From a virus, in IMG/VR virus record IMGVR_UViG_3300045988_036476, positions 1 to 41,677 of that record: a stretch of DNA of 41,677 nt; one strand, 5' to 3'. The notes under the pieces were generated by a model. That model was given only the letters and a program-made list of their open reading frames with translations. It made no database searches and was not told where the DNA came from. Of this stretch, positions 31,874-39,384 are shown in pieces. Positions within the stretch are counted from its first letter, which is position 1. Every line of letters starts with the position of its first letter. A program made the translations under genes and the position numbers.

Positions 31874-32250
31874 TCAATGTACAAGCACCATGCAGCCAGC
31901 AAGACGATAATGACAAACATTATAGCAATCACGCCGTTGCGGATACGCACTCCGCGCCGCATGATCTCGATGGTATCGGCCTTTGCGTCCACATGGCGTT
32001 CCAACTCATCGTTCCGAGCTTGCAAGGTTTCCTCGGTCGGCGTCAAGTGTTCTATGATTTCGCACGTCTTATCGATCGAAACGCCGAGAGCTTTACAGAT
32101 TGCAACAACGGTATAAAAAGATGGAGCTTTCGACAATTTAGAAAAATAGTTCTGCACGGTGGACAGTGGTACGCCGGAAGCGTCGGAAATGTCCTGATAG
32201 GTCAATTTCAATTCTTCTTTACGGATTCTGCACACTTCTTGAATGTTCAT
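31858..32250 (-). CDS. XRE-type HTH protein with a C-terminal transmembrane anchor (130 aa)
   Basis: AAGGTGG RBS. LTYQDISDASGVPLSTVQNYFSK HTH, a helical linker, then the TM helix VIAIMFVIIVLLAAWCLYI. Overlaps the int start by 16 nt. Confidence 0.75.
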   Translation of the reverse strand: MNIQEVCRIRKEELKLTYQDISDASGVPLSTVQNYFSKLSKAPSFYTVVAICKALGVSIDKTCEIIEHLTPTEETLQARNDELERHVDAKADTIEIMRRGVRIRNGVIAIMFVIIVLLAAWCLYIDWRGI

Positions 32251-32419
32251 TTATGCCACCTTAATTTCTCCGATTTTTGCGCCGCGAAGTCGTAAGATGA
32301 GGGCTTGTCGAACCGCGTCGAGCGCTGTCTTATTGCAAGGTTTTGGTATTGAAGTAGTTAGGTAAAGCGGAGTATGGTCAAAACAAGCAGCGGCGACCGC
32401 TTCCCGCTTGCTGCGAAAA

Positions 32420-32453
32420 GGCCCCGCCGTTTGTTGCAGAGGGCGGCGGGGCC
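32420..32453. terminator. 10-bp GC-stem bidirectional terminator
   Basis: AAA-GGCCCCGCCG-14 nt-CGGCGGGGCC-TTT. Confidence 0.7.
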
Positions 32454-32539
32454 TTTACTTCGAGATATTGATGCTTGCACCGCTATGTGCAACAATCGAC
32501 ATATAGCCCCGTTACTATAATTACTTGGAGGGACACAAA

Positions 32540-32728
32540 ATGTTGCGTAATGGCGTAAAAAATAATACAATAAGAGAAACGGATATTGAAATAATGCGAG
32601 AGAAAGTACTTTATTCCGCGCTATCACTCGCACCAGAAGAAAAAATCCAGCTTCTAAGGTTTATTGAAGGAGGGGTATGCCATGAAAGAGCTAACAAAAG
32701 CATGGTACATAGACGCGAAAATGGTTGA
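32540..32728 (+). CDS. Small hypothetical protein (62 aa)
   Basis: GGAGGG RBS 7 nt before ATG 32540, with a TATAAT box at 32513. Overlaps the next gene by 47 nt, so the 3' extent is uncertain. Confidence 0.4.
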   Translation: MLRNGVKNNTIRETDIEIMREKVLYSALSLAPEEKIQLLRFIEGGVCHERANKSMVHRRENG

Positions 32729-32936
32729 CGCAGTAAATCGGTGTATGGACGCAATCCACGCGTCCGGGCTTTCTGCCAGCAGCGCGGAATACTTACCCGC
32801 CTGTTTAGATCAGGCAATCAAAGCAAGCAATCAGCTTGCTGCGCAAAGCACTCCGTTTCGCGAAACCCATGTGAGGGTAGAAGAAACGAACGGCGGGTAC
32901 GATGTCACGCCTTGTGAGCTATTATTTGTTCAATAG
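32682..32936 (+). CDS. Small hypothetical protein (84 aa)
   Basis: GAAGGAGGGG RBS before ATG 32682. Confidence 0.5.
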   Translation: MKELTKAWYIDAKMVDAVNRCMDAIHASGLSASSAEYLPACLDQAIKASNQLAAQSTPFRETHVRVEETNGGYDVTPCELLFVQ

Positions 32937-33348
32937 CTGCCGACGCAATGCCCTTTGATATTGTTTCGATTACCGTCAAAGAAACAGACCCAAGGGAGTG
33001 AAGTATTCCTGCCGTTTTCTCCCATTGCGATTTTTCAGCAATTGTCGCTATAAACTCATGTCCCTTTGGTGTGACATAGTAGATAGATGGCAGTTCATTA
33101 TGACGAAAATTTTCAACTGGGTCAAAGTGAAAATCTGTTGCCAGGTACCCACTTTCGGAAAGCTGGATGATGTGATAAATCAAAGCCCCTGTATCATATT
33201 TGTTCAGCGGCGGGATGTGCCGCATGGAATCCACATATAAAACATGGTATCTCGCTGCGGTGCATCTTCCGATTTCTTCCGTTTTGATGTAGGTATGTTC
33301 CTCGCAAAAGAGCATCAAATCGCGGACGCAATCAGGGTCAAGTTTCAT
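32905..33348 (-). CDS. DUF2513-like winged-helix protein (147 aa)
   Basis: Contains DCVRDLMLFCEE...LIYHIIQLSESGYL...YYVTPKGHEFIATIAEKSQWEK. ATGA coupling to the upstream gene. AT-rich. Confidence 0.6.
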   Translation of the reverse strand: MKLDPDCVRDLMLFCEEHTYIKTEEIGRCTAARYHVLYVDSMRHIPPLNKYDTGALIYHIIQLSESGYLATDFHFDPVENFRHNELPSIYYVTPKGHEFIATIAEKSQWEKTAGILHSLGSVSLTVIETISKGIASAAIEQIIAHKA

Positions 33349-33791
33349 TTCTTCACCCTCTTGCTTTCCAAAAAATCAATATACCGGTAAATCTCGTCCA
33401 GTTCCTCCGCAGACGCGGAGCGAACAAACCGAGAAATTTTCTCATCCGAGCCCTCGCCCTCTGTGGCGGGGGCTTCTTTTATGCCCTTGGCCTCGACCAG
33501 TTTCCGCACCGTCTCAATATCTTTTAAGCACTTTTTGGTTTCTTCCGGGGTCTTTCCTTCGTGCAGGAGGATGTCATCGGGGGAGACGTTGAGCGTTAAA
33601 CACATTTGCACAGCAAGTTCTTTTGATGGCAAATTCAAATTTTTGCTTCTGCGTAAGTCAGATACCCATCTATTGTTTTTCCCAAATTTTCGAGAAAACG
33701 AAGCTTCACTAATATCTTTTCTTTTGCAATAAGCCTCGATAAATTTAACGCAATTATTACCGAGAGTAACGCTATTTAATGTTTTCGGCAT
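33345..33791 (-). CDS. HTH (XRE-like) regulator; candidate repressor (148 aa)
   Basis: ISEASFSRKFGKNNRWVSDLRR HTH. AAGGA RBS. AT-rich. Confidence 0.65.
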   Translation of the reverse strand: MPKTLNSVTLGNNCVKFIEAYCKRKDISEASFSRKFGKNNRWVSDLRRSKNLNLPSKELAVQMCLTLNVSPDDILLHEGKTPEETKKCLKDIETVRKLVEAKGIKEAPATEGEGSDEKISRFVRSASAEELDEIYRYIDFLESKRVKK

Positions 33792-33802
33792 ATTAAATTC
33801 CT

Positions 33803-34468
33803 TTAAATTATATCTATTCCGTATAATGCCGCTTGGGCTAATATTTTTTGATAGGCTTTAGAATTAGAGTTTTTCATTCTGGAGTATCCAGATAATGATT
33901 TTGGGCACAACGCAGGAAGATATTCTTGCAATCGATAATATTCATGTCGGATAGAACGCTTTCTAATTCGTTCTTCTTCCATTTCTTTAATTAAGCGCTT
34001 CCATTTAAAATATGCAAATACGTTTGGGAAATCTCTTATAGAGAGATGCGGGTATATTCCAACTTTTTGAAAATAGGAATCAACTCGCGCTTCTTCTTCC
34101 CATGCTTGCTTATGTGCACCTAAATTGTGCAAATGCGTTATGTCAGATATGTAAGCATCGTACTTCCAAATCATATCTGATATAAACATTAAGCTATGTG
34201 CTTTTCTTACACATTCTACGGCAAGTGCAATATTTTTCTCTTTGTAGTATTTTGCGAAGCACTGACCGCGCAAGTAATATTCTACACGGCCTGTAGGGGA
34301 ATCTCCGTTTACCTCTGTACATGGGACAGGAATATTTCTTATCCCATCAACGGTTGAAAAATCATAAAAGCTTCTCAATCTAACGACCTCTTGTTCTCTT
34401 ATTTGAGAATAAGCGTCGTTTTTTTCTTCGAGCGGTTTAGATCCGTCATCAAAAATATTGTAAGCCAT
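33803..34468 (-). CDS. Hypothetical protein (221 aa), first gene of the AT-rich cassette
   Basis: Long ORF with protein-like composition. No family recognised. Transcribed divergently from the cro-like gene. Confidence 0.7.
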   Translation of the reverse strand: MAYNIFDDGSKPLEEKNDAYSQIREQEVVRLRSFYDFSTVDGIRNIPVPCTEVNGDSPTGRVEYYLRGQCFAKYYKEKNIALAVECVRKAHSLMFISDMIWKYDAYISDITHLHNLGAHKQAWEEEARVDSYFQKVGIYPHLSIRDFPNVFAYFKWKRLIKEMEEERIRKRSIRHEYYRLQEYLPALCPKSLSGYSRMKNSNSKAYQKILAQAALYGIDII

Positions 34469-34545
34469 ACTTTAATAATAACTGCCAAATCCAACGACAT
34501 GTGTTTGTCCATTCTGCTAAATCCTACATTTTGTTGTCAAAGGCG

Positions 34546-34574
34546 TTGACATCCACCGTTATGTAGGCTATAAT
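34546..34574 (+). promoter_or_regulatory. Consensus sigma-70 promoter TTGACA-17-TATAAT (early rightward promoter)
   Basis: TTGACA at 34546-34551 and TATAAT at 34569-34574. The palindrome AGGCTATAATAGCCT (34565-34579) overlaps the -10 box. An opposing TTGACA lies on the minus strand at 34535-34540. Confidence 0.75.
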
Positions 34575-34702
34575 AGCCTTACAGAACTTAATTAAGGCAA
34601 CAAAAAACCAAGCCCCCAACGGATTTCCCGTTTTTGCGGACTTATAACCGATATTTTGTTGGCTGACACTTACATAATAGCGGTGTTGGTTGTGTTTGTC
34701 AA

Positions 34703-34723
34703 TATAAAGTTCTGAACTTTATA
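34703..34723. promoter_or_regulatory. 21-bp palindrome TATAAAGTTCTGAACTTTATA abutting the cro-like RBS
   Basis: 10-bp arms with 1 central nt, ending at the AAGGAGGGG RBS (34723-34731). Confidence 0.6.
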
Positions 34724-34738
34724 AGGAGGGGAGAACGC

Positions 34739-34963
34739 TTGGAATTAAAGGCAATCCGAGAAAATGCCGGTTTGCGGCAGGAAGACGTAGCAAAGAAACT
34801 CCGCGTAAGGGTTTCCGCTGTGTCGAACTGGGAACGCGGAGTGAATGGTATCGCAAGCAAGTACATTAGACCGCTGACCAGATTGTACGGTGTGACCGAA
34901 ACAGAGATCAGAACAGCATCAGAAGCAGCGCAGACCGCAAGGGCGGTCAAGGAGGGATCATGA
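34739..34963 (+). CDS. Cro-like XRE-family HTH protein (74 aa, TTG start)
   Basis: LRQEDVAKKLRVRVSAVSNWERGVNG. AAGGAGGGG RBS 7 nt upstream of the start. Confidence 0.7.
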   Translation: MELKAIRENAGLRQEDVAKKLRVRVSAVSNWERGVNGIASKYIRPLTRLYGVTETEIRTASEAAQTARAVKEGS

Positions 34964-35325
34964 ACTGGATTATCGTAATCGTTGCCGGGATTATTGTCAT
35001 CTGCGTTTCACATTGGCTTGAGGGAAAGACAGGTTTCTTTTTGTGCCTGTTGGCAGTAGAAGCAATCTCTATCATTGCCATAGTCACGGCGGTAGTGGTT
35101 ATCCTTGTGGGCGTGCTCGAAACGCCACAGTCCATCAATAACTTTAACCGCCAGAAGGCATACATCGAAATGCACGAAGCGAAAAACGCCGTGGAAGATG
35201 CGGCGCTGACTTCCAAGAAAATCGAGCTGAATGAGTGGCTTTATGACGCACAGTGCAGCAAATCCCGATTCGGGAGTTGGAGCTTTTACCCCGACAGCAT
35301 TTTTGACTTGGAGCCGATTGAATGA
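34960..35325 (+). CDS. Two-TM membrane protein (121 aa)
   Basis: Hydrophobic segments IIVIVAGIIVICV and AISIIAIVTAVVVILVGV. ATGA coupling. Confidence 0.6.
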   Translation: MNWIIVIVAGIIVICVSHWLEGKTGFFLCLLAVEAISIIAIVTAVVVILVGVLETPQSINNFNRQKAYIEMHEAKNAVEDAALTSKKIELNEWLYDAQCSKSRFGSWSFYPDSIFDLEPIE

Positions 35326-35440
35326 AAGGGCATAAGAAAAGCCCTGTTCAGCGTAGCAGGCCGAACAGGGCACCGGACAAATCTCACCACAAGATATTGT
35401 GTCCGTGCTTATTGTAGCACGGGAGAAAGGAAAAGGCAAG

Positions 35441-35686
35441 ATGCTAAAGCCACAACAGTTAACGCGACGGCGAAACGACCTTGAACGAGCCGTGCGCGGC
35501 GCGATGGGACGGGCGTTGATTCGCACCGGCAAGGAGCTGGGCGAGGAAATCGGCCTATCGGAAACGCAAATCTGTAATCGAATGGCGGGGCGTTCCCGCT
35601 GGACGTTAGAGGAAATTTGGGAGCTTGATCGAGTTTTGCAATTTACGGACGCGGAAAAGCTCATGCTGATCGGAGGCGCGAAATGA
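35441..35686 (+). CDS. Small HTH-like regulatory protein (81 aa)
   Basis: RBS GGAAAAGG. Contains EEIGLSETQICNRMAGRSRWTLEE. Confidence 0.55.
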   Translation: MLKPQQLTRRRNDLERAVRGAMGRALIRTGKELGEEIGLSETQICNRMAGRSRWTLEEIWELDRVLQFTDAEKLMLIGGAK

Positions 35687-35838
35687 TCGACACACTGATT
35701 TTTGGCTGCATCGCCGCTACGGTGATCGCGCTGAACGGCTGCGACTTTACGACGAGCCTCGCCGTCATCGGCGCGTGCGCGGTGTGCAAGGGGCTGTATA
35801 ATCTGCTGCCGTTCCTCGACAGGGGGTGCAGACGGTGA
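35683..35838 (+). CDS. Small hydrophobic protein (51 aa; below the track cutoff)
   Basis: GGAGG RBS and ATGA coupling. Translation: MIDTLIFGCIAATVIALNGCDFTTSLAVIGACAVCKGLYNLLPFLDRGCRR. Confidence 0.4.
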   Translation: MIDTLIFGCIAATVIALNGCDFTTSLAVIGACAVCKGLYNLLPFLDRGCRR

Positions 35839-36365
35839 GAAGGCATGACAAGCGCACGAGAGAGCAGCGCAAGGCGGACGAATCGGCACTGTTTGCGGCG
35901 GCGTGTTTGGGCGCGACGATCCTCTTGATCGTGATCTCAATCCTCGCCACCAGCGCACAGGCGGTCGAAGCGGAACCGGAAGAAACTCCCATTGTAGAGG
36001 AGTATGATCCCGCGTGGGACATTCCCGCGACTGAAAGCGCGGTGTGCAACGACGTTTTTCTTGGCGAGTTTACGCTGACGGCCTATTGCCCCGGACGCTG
36101 CTGCTGCGGCAAATGGGCAAGCGGCTACACCGCAACTGGCACGCTGGCGACCGAGGGACGCACAATCGCGGTTGACCCGAAGCTGATCCCTTACGGGACG
36201 CACGTGCTACTGATCTGGCCGGACGGCACGCAGCACAGCTATATCTCGGAGGACTGCGGTGGCGGCGTAAACGGGAACCACATCGACGTGTTTTTTGACG
36301 ACCATCAGGCGGCGCGCGTTTTTGGCGTGCAGAGCGCGATGGTGTATTTGGAGGCGGAGGAATGA
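35826..36365 (+). CDS. Membrane-anchored 3D-domain (MltA/RlpA-like double-psi beta-barrel) protein
   Basis: TM helix LFAAACLGATILLIVISILA, then FTLTAYCPG..CCCGKWASGYTATGT...GRTIAVDPKLIPYGT...DCGGGVNGNHIDVFF. GTG start. Confidence 0.75.
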   Translation: MQTVRRHDKRTREQRKADESALFAAACLGATILLIVISILATSAQAVEAEPEETPIVEEYDPAWDIPATESAVCNDVFLGEFTLTAYCPGRCCCGKWASGYTATGTLATEGRTIAVDPKLIPYGTHVLLIWPDGTQHSYISEDCGGGVNGNHIDVFFDDHQAARVFGVQSAMVYLEAEE

Positions 36366-36562
36366 TGCACTGCGATTCGTGCGGTGCTGATTTTGAGCAC
36401 CCGGGCATTTACAAAGCGCGAGAAAACCTCGACGGAGAGCGCGGCGTGTGGCTGCACATTGAGGAGAGCTGCCCGTACTGCGGGAGCGAATTTTTGAAGG
36501 AGCGAAAAGATGAAGATGCAGACGATATCGACGCTCAGGATGAGCCACAAGGAGTGGCTTAA
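36362..36562 (+). CDS. Zinc-ribbon protein (66 aa)
   Basis: CDSCG...CPYCG pairs and an acidic tail. Confidence 0.55.
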   Translation: MMHCDSCGADFEHPGIYKARENLDGERGVWLHIEESCPYCGSEFLKERKDEDADDIDAQDEPQGVA

Positions 36563-37496
36563 AGAGCGCAAGAAGAGCCTCGGCGGCAGCGACATGGGCG
36601 CGGTGCTGGGGCTGAACAAATACCGCTCGCCATACACGGTATGGGCGGAGAAGACCGGCAGGCTCGGTGAAGAGCCGGAAAACGAGGCGATGCGGCAGGG
36701 GCGTGACCTTGAGCAGTACGTCGCGAGCCGCTTTGAAGAAGTGAGCCGCATGCCGGTGCGCCGGATGAACTACCTGATGCGCCGCAATGACTGCCCACAC
36801 CTGCATGCAAACATTGACCGAAAGGTGGTCGGACTTAACGCGGGTCTTGAGTGCAAGACTGCGAGCGCGCTGAGCCTCAAGCGCTACGAGGGCGGGGATT
36901 TCCCCGAGAGCTACTATGCACAGTGCGTGACGTATCTTGCCGTGACCGGCTGGGCGCGGTGGTATCTCGCGGTGCTGGTGCTCGGCAAGGGCTTTTACTG
37001 CTACCAGATCACGACAACTCCCACCGATGACACGCCGGAATGGTGCGAGAGCAGCGTATATGTCAGCCCGGATGAGATCGAGGCGTTGAAACGCTGTGCA
37101 GCGGACTTCTGGCGCGACTACATCGAGGCCGACAGCCCGCCGCCGATGGACGGTATGGAGAGCACGACGGAGACGATCACGAGCATCTACGAGGGCGGCG
37201 GCGGCGAGGTTGAGCTGTTCGGGCGCGAGAGCCTGATCGAGCAATATCAGTACCTGATGAGCCAAAAAAAAATCATCGAGGAGGACGCGGACACCATCAA
37301 GCAGCAGCTCATGAACGACCTCGGCGACAACGAGACGGGGTTCTGCGGGCGCTACACGGTGAACTGGAAGGGGCAGAGCCGCGCGACGTTTGATGCAAAG
37401 GCGTTTGCAAAGGATTACCCCGAAATGGACTTGAGCAGTTACTACAAAACTACAAATTTCCGCAAATTTGCGGTGAAGGAGGACAAAGAAAGATGA
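36510..37496 (+). CDS. YqaJ-like recombination exonuclease
   Basis: Contains EWLKERKKSLGGSDMGAVLGLNKYRSPYTVW...ANIDR...LECKT. AAGGAG RBS. Confidence 0.85.
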   Translation: MKMQTISTLRMSHKEWLKERKKSLGGSDMGAVLGLNKYRSPYTVWAEKTGRLGEEPENEAMRQGRDLEQYVASRFEEVSRMPVRRMNYLMRRNDCPHLHANIDRKVVGLNAGLECKTASALSLKRYEGGDFPESYYAQCVTYLAVTGWARWYLAVLVLGKGFYCYQITTTPTDDTPEWCESSVYVSPDEIEALKRCAADFWRDYIEADSPPPMDGMESTTETITSIYEGGGGEVELFGRESLIEQYQYLMSQKKIIEEDADTIKQQLMNDLGDNETGFCGRYTVNWKGQSRATFDAKAFAKDYPEMDLSSYYKTTNFRKFAVKEDKER

Positions 37497-38311
37497 AGGA
37501 AGGATTGATTCAGAACGCGCAGGGCGCACAGGCTGTCAAGGCAGGAAAGCCGACGATGCAGCAGTACATCAAGCAGATGGAGGGTGAGATCGCCAAGGCG
37601 CTACCGAGCGTCATCACGCCGGATCGCTTCACGCGCATCACGCTTTCTGCTCTGAGCGCAAACAAGCAGCTCGCGCAGACGACGCCGCAGAGCTTCCTCG
37701 GCGCGATGATGACGGCAGCACAGCTCGGCATGGAGCCGAACACGCCGCTTGGGCAGGCGTACCTGATCCCGTACCGCAACCACGGCCAGCTGGAATGCCA
37801 ATTCCAACTGGGATATAAGGGGCTTATTGACCTTGCGTACCGCAGCGGTGAGGTCAGCATCATTCAAGCGCAGGTCGTTTACGAAAACGACGAGTTTGAA
37901 TATTCCTTCGGCCTTGAGCCGAAGCTCAACCACAAGCCCGCCTGCGGCGAGCGCGGCGAGCCGAAGTTCATCTACGCGATGTTCCGCACAAAGGACGGCG
38001 GCTTCGGCTACGACGTGATGAGCGTTGAGGACGTTCGCAACCACGCGAAGCGCTTTTCCAAGGCATACAGCAATGGCCCGTGGCAGACGAACTTCGAGGA
38101 AATGGCAAAGAAGACTGTGCTCAAGCGCGTGCTCAAGTATGCGCCGCTCAAGAGCGACTTTGTTCGCGCGGTGGCGCAGGACGAGACCATCAAAACGAAG
38201 ATCAGCGAGGACATGTATTCCGTGAGCGATGACACGGTCATCGATACGGAGAACTTCACCGTGGATGAGACGACCGGCGAGGTCATCGAAAGCGACGGTG
38301 ACGCACAGTGA
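37493..38311 (+). CDS. recT: RecT-family single-strand annealing protein
   Basis: Contains ...SFLGAMMTAAQLGMEPN...QAYLIPY...QLGYKGLIDLAYRSG... Confidence 0.85.
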   Translation: MKEGLIQNAQGAQAVKAGKPTMQQYIKQMEGEIAKALPSVITPDRFTRITLSALSANKQLAQTTPQSFLGAMMTAAQLGMEPNTPLGQAYLIPYRNHGQLECQFQLGYKGLIDLAYRSGEVSIIQAQVVYENDEFEYSFGLEPKLNHKPACGERGEPKFIYAMFRTKDGGFGYDVMSVEDVRNHAKRFSKAYSNGPWQTNFEEMAKKTVLKRVLKYAPLKSDFVRAVAQDETIKTKISEDMYSVSDDTVIDTENFTVDETTGEVIESDGDAQ

Positions 38312-38313
38312 GC

Positions 38314-38718
38314 ATGAATCGCGTGTGCCTGATGGGACGCATCGGGCGGGACTTGGAGCTGAAAAAGACGAACAGCGGCGTATCCGTTGTGTCGTTCCCT
38401 CTTGCCGTTGATCGCAACGGCAAAGAGGGCGGCACAGACTGGATCGACGTTGTCGCATGGCGCGGCACGGCGGAGGTGCTCTGCAACTACGCCGATAAGG
38501 GTCGCATGATCGGCGTCGAGGGGCGCTTGCAGATGCGCGACTGGACGGACAAGAACGGCAACAAGCGCAGGAGCTGCGAGGTGCAGGCTGACAGCGTGTA
38601 TTTCGCAGACAACAGGCGCGCGGAGGATAACAACACCGCCGCACCGCAATACGCCACAGAGAGCGCCGCAGGCGGCTTTGCAGAGGTCAGCGAGGACGAA
38701 TCCGAGCTACCGTTTTAA
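38314..38718 (+). CDS. ssb: Single-stranded DNA-binding protein
   Basis: OB-fold pattern MNRVCLMGRIGRDLELKKT...DWIDVVAWRGTAE...GRLQMRDWTDKNGNKR and an acidic tail ending DESELPF. Confidence 0.85.
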   Translation: MNRVCLMGRIGRDLELKKTNSGVSVVSFPLAVDRNGKEGGTDWIDVVAWRGTAEVLCNYADKGRMIGVEGRLQMRDWTDKNGNKRRSCEVQADSVYFADNRRAEDNNTAAPQYATESAAGGFAEVSEDESELPF

Positions 38719-38730
38719 GGCGGTGACGGT

Positions 38731-39384
38731 ATGGGAGCTGCATCTGCAAGGTGCTATGTAAAGGCATATTACGACTGGATCGAGCAAACAGCAGCACTGG
38801 AAGATGACGAAAAAGGCCGTCTGTTTGTTGCGATTTTAGAATATGCCAGGTCGGGTGAAATTCCAGACAACCTCGGGAGAGAATCCCTTTTATTTCCGGT
38901 ATTTAAGTCGGTCGTTGACCGTGACGCTCAAAAATCTGATGCGCTGGCTCAGAATGGAGCGGCTGGCGGCAGAGCACCAAAAGCAAATGCAAGCAAATGT
39001 AAGCAAACGCAAGCAAATGCAAGCAAATGTAAGCCTACTAATAACATAAGACATAAGACAGAAGACGAAGAACATAAGACAGAAAACGATATACCCTCTA
39101 AATCCCCCTCTACGAGGGACGCATTCGAGCGTTTTTGGTCAGTTTACCCGCGAAAAATCGGGAAACAGTCTGCTAAGAGAGCTTTCGAGCGGGTCAAAGT
39201 CCCACTCGAAACACTTGTGACCGCAGTGGAGCGGCAGAAGTGCAGCGACCAATGGACGCAGAACAACGGGCAGTTTATTCCACACCCCGCTACATGGCTG
39301 AATCAAGGCCGGTGGGACGATGAGCTACCCGAGAGCGGCAGAGGGTATCACTACGACTACGGCAACACGGAGGGGAGCCTATGA
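38731..39384 (+). CDS. Replication initiation-associated protein (DnaD/phage-replisome-organiser-like C-terminus)
   Basis: Contains FERFWSVYPRKIGKQSAKRAF...FIPHPATWLNQGRWDDE. Holds the iteron array. Lies upstream of the DnaC-like loader. Confidence 0.7.
   Translation: MGAASARCYVKAYYDWIEQTAALEDDEKGRLFVAILEYARSGEIPDNLGRESLLFPVFKSVVDRDAQKSDALAQNGAAGGRAPKANASKCKQTQANASKCKPTNNIRHKTEDEEHKTENDIPSKSPSTRDAFERFWSVYPRKIGKQSAKRAFERVKVPLETLVTAVERQKCSDQWTQNNGQFIPHPATWLNQGRWDDELPESGRGYHYDYGNTEGSL
38981..39034. repeat. Five tandem 10-bp iterons AAGCAAA(T/C)G(C/T) plus a partial sixth; candidate origin inside the replication gene
   Basis: aagcaaatgc aagcaaatgt aagcaaacgc aagcaaatgc aagcaaatgt aagc, translated as ANASKCKQTQANASKCK. 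Confidence 0.8.

Noticed and set aside
32540-32936. The two small overlapping plus-strand genes as a toxin-antitoxin pair.
   Set aside because: Only size and arrangement are suggestive. Neither protein shows a toxin or antitoxin motif I recognise, and the first ORF's 3' extent is itself uncertain.
38981-39034. Possibility that the 10-bp tandem repeats are a CRISPR array.
   Set aside because: The units are contiguous with no spacers, only 10 bp long and inside an ORF. This is an iteron or tandem-repeat architecture, not repeat-spacer.
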